Of a DNA stretch of 55,916 nt, positions 28,134 to 37,512 are shown piece by piece. The position numbers were made by a program, and so were the translations under genes. The stretch's first letter is position 1; each line of letters begins with the position of its first letter. Below the pieces are notes generated by a model, which saw nothing but the letters and a program-made list of their open reading frames with translations, was not told where the DNA came from and ran no database searches. Source of the DNA: an uncultured Candidatus Obscuribacterales bacterium (GTDB lineage: Bacteria; Cyanobacteriota; Vampirovibrionia; Obscuribacterales; Obscuribacteraceae); the NCBI GenBank assembly GCA_964478655.1, contig CAYZJR010000038.1, positions 1-55,916 on the forward strand, written 5' to 3'.

Positions 28134-29498
28134 TTACTTCTTCGAGTCGTCGCCTTGCGCACCATCGCTGGTGGTGGCGATTTCCGCCACGGCGGGGACT
28201 GCCGCTGCCGGCTTGGCAGGCGGCTGGATGGTCATGAAGACCGGCAGGTGATCGCTGACGATGCTGTAGAAGTAGCTGTCTCGCTTCGTCTCCGGGAAGG
28301 CCGGAATCCAGCACGTGCTGATCGAGCCTTCGGGGAAGCCGCGAGCGAAGAAGCCGTCGAACTGACCGCCATCGGTCTTGTACCGGTACGACCAGCCACC
28401 ATTGGTGGTGGGCACCAGCTTCAGACCGGCTGCGACCAGAGGTTCGATCTCCGTGGTGGTCGCAAGCTGAATCGGGCAGTTGAAATCACCGCCGAGCAGA
28501 ACCGCACCCAGAGGCGCAGTCTCTTCCTTCGGATCGATGAGAACGGTACGTGGATTGACCTTGTCAGTGGTGGCACCACCGGCGGCGTCGGTTCCTGGCG
28601 TGGCGGCTGCCGGGGCGGAATCTCCGCTTGCAGTGCCGGGTTCGGTGCCGGTTGCAGGCACGCTTGCCGTCGTCACTTTGCGCGACTTGTACGGCGAAGT
28701 CGTCAGCTGCTTTGCCAGATCTTCGACCAGCATCTCGAACTGGTGCCGACGAATCGGGCGCGTTTCGTCCGGACCGCCCACGTTGCTCTTTCCGTGCCAG
28801 TCGAGTACGTCGAAAACGAAACCTGTGACGAGGTCCTTCACGCGCCGCTGAAGAGCGGGACGCAGCGTGACCTTATACTCCGGATGACCGGGCACTTCCA
28901 GAAGGTAGTCGTGGTAGTAGGGCGCATCGCCGAGCCACTGCAGCCGCGGGTGGAAGAGAATTCCGTTGGCCTGTTCGCGGTTGTTTCGGTGGCTCACGTT
29001 GAGCCCGTAGCCCGCTTTCTTGGCGATCACGCGCAATGCATCGACGTTGGTCTCTTGAACCATGACGATGTGTGCGCGCTTCACGATCTCCAAGATCGGG
29101 ACGTACATGGACTCGGCCTTGTCCACCTTGAGGTGGTGACCGTTGAAGGAGACGGCGACGAGCGGCCCATCGAAGCCGGCGAGCGGCTGCGAGCCAATCA
29201 TTGAACGCACGACTTCAGCGATCTGATCGGGAGTCGGAGGAGGAAGACGCTTTCGAGCGGTCGTCTTCGTTCCGGCTTCGCCTGTTCCTTCGGCTGAACT
29301 GGGCAAAGGTACACCGAGTGCCTTGTCCGCGATGGAGCGGATGGTGACGACGGTCTCGTTTGCCCAGTCGATTCGGTTTGCCGCCAGGCAAGCGTCGAGC
29401 AGCGTGATTTGCGGCTTCAACGATGCCAGGGCTGTTACGAGCAGATGCTTGCGCAGATCGGGCGCACCAGCATTTGCTGTTTCGGTTGTGTCTTTCAT
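28134..29498 (-). CDS. endonuclease/exonuclease/phosphatase (EEP) family hydrolase with low-complexity Thr/Ala/Pro insertion
   Basis: VMVQETN, GGDFN and SDHLPV are EEP catalytic motifs; start set at MKDTTE with aaagga RBS. Confidence 0.7.
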   Translation of the reverse strand: MKDTTETANAGAPDLRKHLLVTALASLKPQITLLDACLAANRIDWANETVVTIRSIADKALGVPLPSSAEGTGEAGTKTTARKRLPPPTPDQIAEVVRSMIGSQPLAGFDGPLVAVSFNGHHLKVDKAESMYVPILEIVKRAHIVMVQETNVDALRVIAKKAGYGLNVSHRNNREQANGILFHPRLQWLGDAPYYHDYLLEVPGHPEYKVTLRPALQRRVKDLVTGFVFDVLDWHGKSNVGGPDETRPIRRHQFEMLVEDLAKQLTTSPYKSRKVTTASVPATGTEPGTASGDSAPAAATPGTDAAGGATTDKVNPRTVLIDPKEETAPLGAVLLGGDFNCPIQLATTTEIEPLVAAGLKLVPTTNGGWSYRYKTDGGQFDGFFARGFPEGSISTCWIPAFPETKRDSYFYSIVSDHLPVFMTIQPPAKPAAAVPAVAEIATTSDGAQGDDSKK

Positions 29499-29574
29499 GC
29501 GGTTCCTTTTGTGCCTGACCCAGAAAGTTGGCTGAGAGCCGGGTGGCGCTTTCTGGCTGAGCGATTCGAATTGT

Positions 29575-30468
29575 TTACAAAACCTCGATTGCAACGGCGC
29601 CAGCGACGATCAAGGCGATGCCGAGCGCTCGCAAAAAACTGAGCCTTTCTTTGAGGAAGAACACAGCTGCCAGGTACATGACGAGCGGATATCCGGACGT
29701 CATGACGATGAGGTAATTGGCGTCAGAACCGGTGAGCGCGAAGATAAATCCGAGATTGCCGGCCGCCGCTAAAGCGGCAGACAACCACGAAAACCTCCAC
29801 GTCGCCCGATTCGACAGTCCGAGTGGCTGCTTCTTGAGCAGAAACCAACCCAGGGCTGCCACCACTAGCAGTGACTTCCAAATCGAGAGAGCCAGGTACG
29901 CTTCTAACGGTCTGGCGTAAGACAGCGACTGCTTCTCGAAGATACCCAGAAGGGCCCAAAACACTGTCGTGACAATGATGGCTGCAGCCACCAAAACGCG
30001 GTCACGTTTCGTCAGTTGTTTCTGTTCGGTCGATGCTGAGTATCCAATCGCAGCCACTCCGAGGCTGACCAGCACGGCTGCTATCACGCGACTTGCGGAG
30101 AGCGGCTCGTGCAAAATCAGCACTGCAAGAAGCTGGCTGACAATCGGATACCCAGCAGTAATGCCGAGCACGTAACTCGCCTGAGCCTTGCTCATGGCCC
30201 AGAAGTAGGCGACAAGCGCGATCAGCGCGGCGATGGCGTTGAGACCCTCCCAGAAGAGAACGCCGCGCGATAGCTGCCACTCGCCGTAGACGGCTGGCAG
30301 AGCGAAAAGTAGCCCTGCGGCCATCAGGATACTGAAGAAATGAAATGCCAAAAACACGCTTTTGGGTGAGCTCGATGCCACAGCTTTCTTGTCGAAGATG
30401 CCTGCAATGCCCCAACTCATAAGCGTTATCGTGATCAGCACATATGTCATCGGAGCCTCCAAAAACAC
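29575..30468 (-). CDS. EamA/DMT-family transporter (10 TM)
   Basis: Two tandem 5-TM EamA-like halves. Confidence 0.75.
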   Translation of the reverse strand: MFLEAPMTYVLITITLMSWGIAGIFDKKAVASSSPKSVFLAFHFFSILMAAGLLFALPAVYGEWQLSRGVLFWEGLNAIAALIALVAYFWAMSKAQASYVLGITAGYPIVSQLLAVLILHEPLSASRVIAAVLVSLGVAAIGYSASTEQKQLTKRDRVLVAAAIIVTTVFWALLGIFEKQSLSYARPLEAYLALSIWKSLLVVAALGWFLLKKQPLGLSNRATWRFSWLSAALAAAGNLGFIFALTGSDANYLIVMTSGYPLVMYLAAVFFLKERLSFLRALGIALIVAGAVAIEVL

Positions 30469-30757
30469 GGCGATTCTTCTGCGCGAACTTCTTCAAGCAA
30501 CCGAAAGGTCGCTCAAAAGTGTCTGCAAAAGGCGGAGATCACCGTTTTGGTTTTTCTAGATCGAAATATGCTGAGAAAGTAGACTTGGGAACCCTAGGCT
30601 AACTCAAACACCAGGATCAATAACTGTTTCAGTCCTTTGTTATTAAAGTTGTCTTCTAATTGGCCTTGCTACGCTAGGTTCAATCAAATTTCTCTCTAAC
30701 AAGATCATATGATGAAGTCAAAATCAGAACGTGCGGAGATTGGCTATGGGCCTGGCC

Positions 30758-32119
30758 TTACTTGCGGCTCTGATTTGGATTTTGAAAAGGTGGAAGATTT
30801 GGGCGGAACCGCACTGGAGGGTCGAGGGTGCCGCGATACAGCCTGTCCACTTTCATAAACTTATCCCAGCGCTTGCCTGCTTGATCGCTGATGAACGCTT
30901 CTTTCTTTTCCGGGTTAAAGTCCAAAATGTTGACCACGTGCCAGACGCCCGTAGTGTCTGCATCGATAAATCCGTCATTGCCGGTGTGAACCCGCAACAA
31001 GAGGGGGAAGGCACCTCTGTTTTTGGCGGACATCAAAACAGATTGAAGACTTTCTGTTGAGTCGACACAGACGCTCGGTTCTGCGCAACGCGCTTTGTTC
31101 TCGACCGCGAAGCCGCTGTCATTGGTTCCTGTAATCTGGTTGTACACATCAGGAAGAGACGAAACATCAATGAGCGGACCGTCGTAAATGATGCTTGGGG
31201 GTGTAGTTCGCATGTCGAGCAAGCGTTCTCCGCGATCGAAGAACCCCTGACCCTCTTTGTACCGGTCGCCGCGGTTCTTCGGCATTTGGGCGAAGCGGAA
31301 GGCTCCTTTTTCGGTAGGTTTCCCTGTGGGGTCTTCGGTCACTCGGTTCCAATGAACATTCAGTGCCGTCAAAGCAAAAACATGGCTCGCGTAGCTTCTT
31401 TGATCGGACAAGGGAGGATTTACTTTTGACTCTTCATCGGGCTTTAGGCTCTCCGCATCGATAGTGATTATGGTACCGTCAGCAGTGGTGAATTGATTGT
31501 TCAATGCGATGTCGGCCACGAGTTTTGCCGCTTTCGACGGCAGGTGAATGTAGATGCGTTCTTCCACAGCCTGCGCCGAACAAGTATAGTGTTTGCCGAG
31601 ACCGACGCTCTCTGAAGGAGTTGCTGCCTGTTGCAATACTTGTTGAGCAAGTATCATCCGTTCTTTCTCACCAAGGGCGGTGTTACTTTGCTTCGGTTCT
31701 AAGAGTCGAAGAACTTGGGTGAGTGTGCTTGCCACCTCGGAGTCAGGCAGTCCGGCGGCTCGGGCTCTTTTCTGCAACAACTCCATGTTTTCGTTGAAGC
31801 GCCGGAAGTTCTTGTCGCTCTTAAATTCCGGAGCCTTCGCGTCATGAAGACGCTGTGCCGTATCTCTTAGTGTTTGAACCGTCTCCGTCAGGCTTTGTGT
31901 AGCACCGTTTGTGATGGCGGAGTCTGCCTCGGTCGAGTGTTCGCGCGTTCGTTCGCTCGCTCCCCGTAAAAGTGTCTCAGGCAGCGGCTGTCGGATGCTT
32001 TCAAGGAGCTTTTCTCCAACATCATTTTGCGATGTTGGACCGCGTGAATTCGCGTCAAGCTGACGGCTAATTTCAGCCCATGGTTCAGGCATGTTGTTGG
32101 AGGAGAGAGGGAGGGACAT
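30758..32119 (-). CDS. hypothetical protein of about 450 aa, low GC
   Basis: No confident family; Cys (GKHYTCSAQ) and downstream His (WHVVNILDF) could form a thiol-hydrolase dyad, but this is unproven. Confidence 0.45.
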   Translation of the reverse strand: MSLPLSSNNMPEPWAEISRQLDANSRGPTSQNDVGEKLLESIRQPLPETLLRGASERTREHSTEADSAITNGATQSLTETVQTLRDTAQRLHDAKAPEFKSDKNFRRFNENMELLQKRARAAGLPDSEVASTLTQVLRLLEPKQSNTALGEKERMILAQQVLQQAATPSESVGLGKHYTCSAQAVEERIYIHLPSKAAKLVADIALNNQFTTADGTIITIDAESLKPDEESKVNPPLSDQRSYASHVFALTALNVHWNRVTEDPTGKPTEKGAFRFAQMPKNRGDRYKEGQGFFDRGERLLDMRTTPPSIIYDGPLIDVSSLPDVYNQITGTNDSGFAVENKARCAEPSVCVDSTESLQSVLMSAKNRGAFPLLLRVHTGNDGFIDADTTGVWHVVNILDFNPEKKEAFISDQAGKRWDKFMKVDRLYRGTLDPPVRFRPNLPPFQNPNQSRK

Positions 32120-32713
32120 GTTTCCAGTCTCAGTATGTGGCGGGTTTTTGGATTCGCCTATGTAAAAAACACGATGTTCCGTCGTATTTTGCGCACCGAA
32201 TTTTGTTTCTTAAACTGTTCAATTGCTTTCAACCGTTCCCAAAAATCTAAATGAAACATGCTTAGCGCCCGCTCATTTAAGAGGCGCAAATCACTGTTGC
32301 TGTCGGGTTTTTGCCGCGCCTGCGCAAGTCGCGCTAGTTTATATTGCATATAACAATTTGGTTTTTGATCTGATGAAAGTCCTGATCAGTTGAGGCTTCA
32401 CGGAGCTTGAGCGTGTTTTAGAAGTTTCAGTAAATTTGTAATGGAACATACGTGATGATTGTCTTTGCCACGTGCCGGATATAGGCTGCTGATGTTTCTT
32501 TTCCCCTTCAATTCCGGTCTATACAAGCGCAAGAATCCAGCCAATATTCCCCTCGGCTGAAATAGCTCGAAAGCTCGCATTGCGAGTACGGGAGAGCTGG
32601 TCTTGTTGCTGTTGACGGAGTTGGGAAACCCGACTCGCATCTCGGTTGGTGGGTCGGAATTGTGCCGCGCGATTGCAGCACATCTAACACCGAGACAATT
32701 GGAGAAACAAATC

Positions 32714-33103
32714 ATGGGTCTGATCCGTTTTGCAGCCAAAGTGCTGCTCTTTATGTTCGCGTTGCCTGCCCTCGGGCTGGTGACGTTCACCGGCGGTGTC
32801 GGTACCGGTCTGCTCGCTGCCCTTCTGGTCGGCGTTGTGGGCTTCTTCGCCACCATCGCTCTGCTGCCTGCCCTCGCCACGGTCGGTGTCTTCGGCGCCG
32901 TTCTCGCTGGTGCTGCCGGCGGCCGGCTCGGTCTGATGACGTTCAACTTCGCCCTCGGCACGCTCATCTACTCGCTCGCCATCGCCGGCGTCGCCTGGAT
33001 CCTCCCGGGTCTGGCGCTGCTCGGCTTCTGGCCGACGGTGGGTGCTGGTGCCGTCCTGGGCATCGTGACCGCCATCCTGACGCCCCCGCGAGCCTCCAAG
33101 TAG
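32714..33103 (+). CDS. Gly/Ala-rich integral membrane protein
   Basis: Start at MGLIRF with ggagaaa RBS; 3-4 TM with GxxxG-type packing motifs; TAG stop. Confidence 0.5.
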   Translation: MGLIRFAAKVLLFMFALPALGLVTFTGGVGTGLLAALLVGVVGFFATIALLPALATVGVFGAVLAGAAGGRLGLMTFNFALGTLIYSLAIAGVAWILPGLALLGFWPTVGAGAVLGIVTAILTPPRASK

Positions 33104-33276
33104 GCTTGCACACTCGGCATTTTTGCTGGAGTTCGCGACCAAGAAATCTCGAGCTTTAGTGAACATGTTGGCCGCGGACCTGGTCTCCTTTCGGAGTCCG
33201 GGTCTGCGTTAACACTCAAACTCCAAAGGAGAAAATCATGTCGTAGGTATGCGACTTCAAGAAGCTCGAAGCCCCG

Positions 33277-33837
33277 ATGTTGACGTGTTTCCAGTTCGAG
33301 GACATGAACGTTCTCGAACATGGTCTTAGCATTCATGAATGGTTCTGTGACCTGTACGATCACCTGATCAACGGAAAGCCGCTGACCCACAATTGGAGAC
33401 TCCCCGGTTGGATCTACGATCCGATCATCCCGAGTCTCCTTCTCGATTTCGAGACGCTCAAGACTTACCAGATCTACCACGATTGCGGTAAGCCCCTGTG
33501 TCGAACAGTCGATGAAAGCGGTAAGCAACACTTCCCGAATCATGCTCAAATCTCCAAGCAGCGGTGGCTCGAATGCTCCGACGGCTCGGAAGAGGCTCTT
33601 GCAATCGCGGAGCTGATCGGCATGGACATGGACATTCACTTGCTCAAGTCCGACGGAATCGAAGAGTTCGCAAACCGCAAGGAAGCGATTTCTCTTCTTT
33701 TGACGGGACTGTGCGAGATTCACAGCAATGCTCGAATGTTCGGTGGCATCGAGTCCACCGGCTTCAAGATCAAGTGGAAACATCTCGACAAAATGGGCAA
33801 GCGAATCTTGTCCATTCTGAACGAGCGCAAAACCTAG
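33277..33837 (+). CDS. hypothetical protein, possible HD-type metal-dependent phosphohydrolase
   Basis: His ... YHDCGK ... H ... D spacing is suggestive only; TAG stop about 100 nt before the tRNA-like gene. Confidence 0.35.
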   Translation: MLTCFQFEDMNVLEHGLSIHEWFCDLYDHLINGKPLTHNWRLPGWIYDPIIPSLLLDFETLKTYQIYHDCGKPLCRTVDESGKQHFPNHAQISKQRWLECSDGSEEALAIAELIGMDMDIHLLKSDGIEEFANRKEAISLLLTGLCEIHSNARMFGGIESTGFKIKWKHLDKMGKRILSILNERKT

Positions 33838-33939
33838 GAATAGGTGACGCGCTCGTGACAAGAATTTTCACGTAACTGCGTCATCTCTCCCTTCCGGGCC
33901 TCGCGTCTCCTCACCGAGCGCGGGGCCTGGAAGTTCTAT

Positions 33940-34016
33940 GCTGCCTTACGTCTCAGCGGTAGAGCGCGGGTCTCTAAAACCCAGGGTCGTGGGTTCGAAT
34001 CCCACAGGCAGCACCA
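33940..34016 (+). tRNA. tRNA-like gene with CUA (amber-reading) anticodon, encoded CCA and atypical D-arm junction
   Basis: 7-bp acceptor GCTGCCT/AGGCAGC, discriminator A, CCA; canonical T-arm GTGGG-TTCGAAT-CCCAC; D-loop AGCGGTA with GG; anticodon arm (c)GGGT-CTCTAAA-ACCC(a) gives U33 and A37 with anticodon CTA at 33974-33976. Confidence 0.6.
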
Positions 34017-34150
34017 TCTCCTCATCCATAATTCATACCCGCCAAGAAACAGCTGGTGCCATTAAAACTGGCTCCCATTCTGGATTCTTGGTCTTTGCGC
34101 TTAATCTACTGTAGAAGATAGTAATACGCGTTCAAAAAAAATTGAAGAAC

Positions 34151-34208
34151 GGAAAGCGGGCGAACCATCAAGGATTTGAGGTCCTCAATGGATCGTCCGC
34201 GTTTCGGT
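34151..34208. repeat. conserved hairpin element, copy B
   Basis: ggaaagcgggcgaaccatcaaggatttgaggtcctcaatggatcgtccgcgtttcgg; shares GAAAGCGGGCGAA(A)CCATCA..GG.TTTGA...GGA(A)TCG.CCGC with copy A. Confidence 0.55.
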
Positions 34209-34230
34209 CTAATTATCTAGAATCGGCTAA

Positions 34231-34680
34231 TCATGCCGACTCGTAGGTCTCGTTGTTCCTCAGCTCGGTCACCGCGTGGTTGATCGCTTCGTTAATGAAC
34301 TTGGCGACGGCGGTACGTTCGGCGCCGGTCAGGTCGACCGCCGTGTGCTTGCCCGTCAGCTCGATCGTGCACGAAACGTTCTGCTCGCGAGCGATCCGTT
34401 GCAGCGTTACGGTCTGATCCCATTCGCCGGCTTCGAAAACGAAGCGCGCTTTCGGACCGGAGATGGTGTTGGCGTCCGGGTCTGCGGCGAAGGCATCGAT
34501 GATCTTGTCGGTGGCGCCGATCAGATTGGCGATCTTCAGGTACTGGTTCTCGTGGCGAGTGGTGGTGTCACCCATGTCCAGTTTTGCCAGAATGTGGTCC
34601 ATCAGCCCGGCGGTGCGCTCGCGAAAGGTGCGGCGCGGACGGGCGGCTTGATCGGCAGGAACAGTGATTTGCGTGTCCAT
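34231..34680 (-). CDS. hypothetical protein
   Basis: Start at MDTQITV with gagga RBS; high GC; no motif recognised. Confidence 0.45.
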   Translation of the reverse strand: MDTQITVPADQAARPRRTFRERTAGLMDHILAKLDMGDTTTRHENQYLKIANLIGATDKIIDAFAADPDANTISGPKARFVFEAGEWDQTVTLQRIAREQNVSCTIELTGKHTAVDLTGAERTAVAKFINEAINHAVTELRNNETYESA

Positions 34681-34785
34681 ATAGTCCTCGAAAAGTAGTT
34701 TGTGCAAAGACGAGCCGCACCATCCATGGTGCCGGCTTCGCCCGGGTGTGATGCTATCCTTGCGGTTTGGCGAATCAACGAGTCA

Positions 34786-35046
34786 TTACTGTGCTTCTTT
34801 GTCGTCCAGAGCTACGCCGTAGATGGCGGAAGCGATCAAACCAAGAAGCGCGCAGCAAAGAGCTGCCAGTGCTCCGAATCTTAGTCCGAGGTAGATGTGC
34901 GCGACGAAGTAGCCGGCATAAATCACAAGATTGACGAAAAAACTCAGAACCGAACGACTGTTGACTACAAGCGAAAACAAAACCGTCACGACTGCAATGA
35001 CAGTTGCAATCATGAAGATGCTGTCTTCGACTGGCGACGATAACAT
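34786..35046 (-). CDS. small membrane protein (2-3 TM)
   Basis: Hydrophobic 86-aa ORF from MLSSPVED. Confidence 0.35.
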   Translation of the reverse strand: MLSSPVEDSIFMIATVIAVVTVLFSLVVNSRSVLSFFVNLVIYAGYFVAHIYLGLRFGALAALCCALLGLIASAIYGVALDDKEAQ

Positions 35047-35347
35047 ATGAATCCTTGCGGAAGTTGGATCTCGCCCCACGAAAAGTCCCAGGGAGGAACC
35101 TTGCGTGGTGCGTTCGAAACACCGAGGAGACAACGAAATTTAGTTCAATTGATGATGTTGTCTTTGGCGGCCTCGATGATAACGAAGTGGAATTGATGAC
35201 TTAACTTAGAGAGCGTGTATTGCAGCCTGCAAGCGATTCTGGCGCGCCCGTAACAAGTCTCGCTTGTAAATCCGACCCAACGGGGAAACATACGCGTTTG
35301 CGAACCTGAATCGGTACATTGCGGCTGGCTCGAATTGGTCTTCTTCT

Positions 35348-36796
35348 CTATTTCTCTGTTTGATAAGCAACCGACATAAAGCGCTTCTTGAACTGTTCGT
35401 ATGTAACTTTTTCCTTGTGTCCCCATGGATTATAGAGCGTCAAGGTTCCACCATTTGCACCATCGCGATCGAAGTCTAGGACGCTGTAGACGTGGTTTGT
35501 CACGTCCGAGATTCCGGTGCTTTTCCAGTTCTTTTGCCAAGCAACCACGGCAGTTTTCTCTTGCAAATCTTTGCCTACAGTCTCTTCAAGTTTTCTTTTC
35601 GTCATTCGATCCTCGTTGCCCAGGCTGGTCGGAGTCCAATGAAGCAGTGGAGTTGGGTTTGCGAGCCAGTCTTGATCGGAATCTTTTCCCGTCAGCAGGT
35701 GAATCAAATGTGCAAGGCGATGTCCTCCGCCATTGGCGCCTTCGGACGGAAGGTTGCCACCGCTCCAATTGGTGAAGATTTCCCGTCTAAACAGTTTCTT
35801 TTGGCAATATGTTCCATATGCTTTTTCGATGATCGGCGCCCATGTCCCTTTGTCGGCGGCCCCGAGAAACATTCCGCGTTCTGCTTCGGTTATTGGTTGA
35901 ACTGTGATTGGTTCGTCGGTGTCGCCTGGGAATGTAACAGTGAAGGAACCATCAGGGTTTTCGCAGATCATGTCTTTGATCGATTGGGGATTGGTCTGAG
36001 CGATCGCTGCGAGTGTTGAAACGAAATAGCAGTCACCCATTAAGCCTTGTTCGATGCCATAGATTCCAACATTTTTCTTTTCGGCATCCTCTCCTTCTCC
36101 AAACAACGACGATATGCCGATGGATTGGGCCTCGTGAGTGCGAGTAAGAACCAGATCAATTTCGTTGAGGAACTGATCGCTTTTGTCACCCATGTCGTTC
36201 TTTACGAAGTAAGTGAGTACATCGCTGACTTTGACTGGATCTTCGGGATCATCATTGTTTATGTAATATTGGAACAGTTTCTTTTCATCATCCGGAAGCT
36301 TCCCGGATTTGACCGCAGTTTCAAGTTCACCTTTCGAGAGAATGCCGTCTGCGTCTGTGTCGTGAGATGAAAGGGCCTTGAGAGAGTATGAGTTTTGTTC
36401 GATTTGTTTCTCATTGAAAAGTGCGCGAGTTTCTTTCAAATCGTCTTTGGTAATGCCTTTTGAATCGTTGTCTAGAAACCAGGTTGCATCGTCGTCCTGT
36501 TTTCGAATGTTCTTTCTGTTCCAATAGAGAGCCGCAATAGTCTGTGCGGTTTCGCCTTTGTTCTGCGGATCTTCGACGGCTTTTGCCAGTTCGTCATAGC
36601 GCAGCACACCGTCTTCATCTTTGTCTAGCGTGTCAAATAGCGCTTCTGCCTTGTCGAGAAACTCTGCCATGGATAGTCGATGTGGTTTGCCTTTTTGGTA
36701 CTCGGATGCATCAAATCCTGACGGTGGCTGAGCTTTGGAAGTAGAGCCGGAGTCAGTCGCATCTTGTGCGCCTCTGTGAAAACCCTGGAAAAACAT
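35348..36796 (-). CDS. calpain-like (C2 family) cysteine protease with two N-terminal EF-hand Ca-binding loops
   Basis: EF-hand loops DKDEDGVLRYDEL and DTDADGILSKGEL; calpain active-site blocks QGLMGDCYFVSTLAAIA (Cys) and NHVYSV...LYNPWG (His/Asn); start at MFFQ with gaggtg RBS. Confidence 0.7.
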   Translation of the reverse strand: MFFQGFHRGAQDATDSGSTSKAQPPSGFDASEYQKGKPHRLSMAEFLDKAEALFDTLDKDEDGVLRYDELAKAVEDPQNKGETAQTIAALYWNRKNIRKQDDDATWFLDNDSKGITKDDLKETRALFNEKQIEQNSYSLKALSSHDTDADGILSKGELETAVKSGKLPDDEKKLFQYYINNDDPEDPVKVSDVLTYFVKNDMGDKSDQFLNEIDLVLTRTHEAQSIGISSLFGEGEDAEKKNVGIYGIEQGLMGDCYFVSTLAAIAQTNPQSIKDMICENPDGSFTVTFPGDTDEPITVQPITEAERGMFLGAADKGTWAPIIEKAYGTYCQKKLFRREIFTNWSGGNLPSEGANGGGHRLAHLIHLLTGKDSDQDWLANPTPLLHWTPTSLGNEDRMTKRKLEETVGKDLQEKTAVVAWQKNWKSTGISDVTNHVYSVLDFDRDGANGGTLTLYNPWGHKEKVTYEQFKKRFMSVAYQTEK

Positions 36797-37512
36797 GCTT
36801 ACACCTCTGAGAAAAACGTCTGGGGTGTCGACTGAGTTGAGTTGGCGGGGTGTAGTGCGATTGTGGCGGTGCAATCTAACAATGACGTAACAGACTCGCA
36901 CTCCCGATTCTGCGCTTAAGGGGGCTGCTCCTAAGGCATACCTTGGGTTCGGGGCACTGAAATTATGCCCGTGGGTTATATCTTGACTTGGACAACCTAT
37001 GACTGTGGGTCATACCTTGGCATGTACCTCTTGCAAGCCGTTCCTTCAGCGGATTCTCGTACCGCAAGCAGCGAAGAGAGCGGTGCTTGGCAGCCATTCC
37101 TTGCCTAGCTTCGCTATAGGCTACTTGATTTTGGATGCTCGAAAGTTGGGTGCTTGAGAACTCCCATTGTTGTTTGATTTCACTGCCTTTCTGGAGTCTT
37201 GGCATGGCTAGTGCTTCTTGAAAACAAGAAAATGGCCCTTTAAAGGCCTCTAGAGAGAAAGATTTCAAGTTTCCTTAATTGAAAAGAGATGTGAAAGAGC
37301 CGTAACTTTCATAAGTTCCTTTCTAGTTTTTTTCTTTGGGCTTTAGACCTAACAAGCACTGTAATTGAGCGTTCAACGCGATAGCTTTCGATCACACGGA
37401 GTATTTAGCCGTGGCGGTTGATCTTCTCTGTTCGCGTTTGGTATCGCCTGCGGTGCTCTGCTAGCGGTTAAGTCCAAGTCTCATTCGCAAAAAACCTCAC
37501 AGGAGGTCAACA

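Noticed and set aside
32398-32967. 189-aa minus-strand ORF rich in Pro/Ala/Arg/Thr
   Set aside because: It is antisense to the Gly/Ala-rich membrane-protein gene (32714-33103) and is a low-complexity artefact of that gene's codon repetition.
33940-34016. tRNA-Pyl identity for the CUA-anticodon tRNA
   Set aside because: Although the anticodon loop CUCUAAA is identical to tRNA-Pyl, the gene has a canonical TTCGAAT T-loop, a GG in the D-loop and a 5-nt variable loop, unlike the compact Pyl fold. No pylS or pylBCD-like genes are present in the window.
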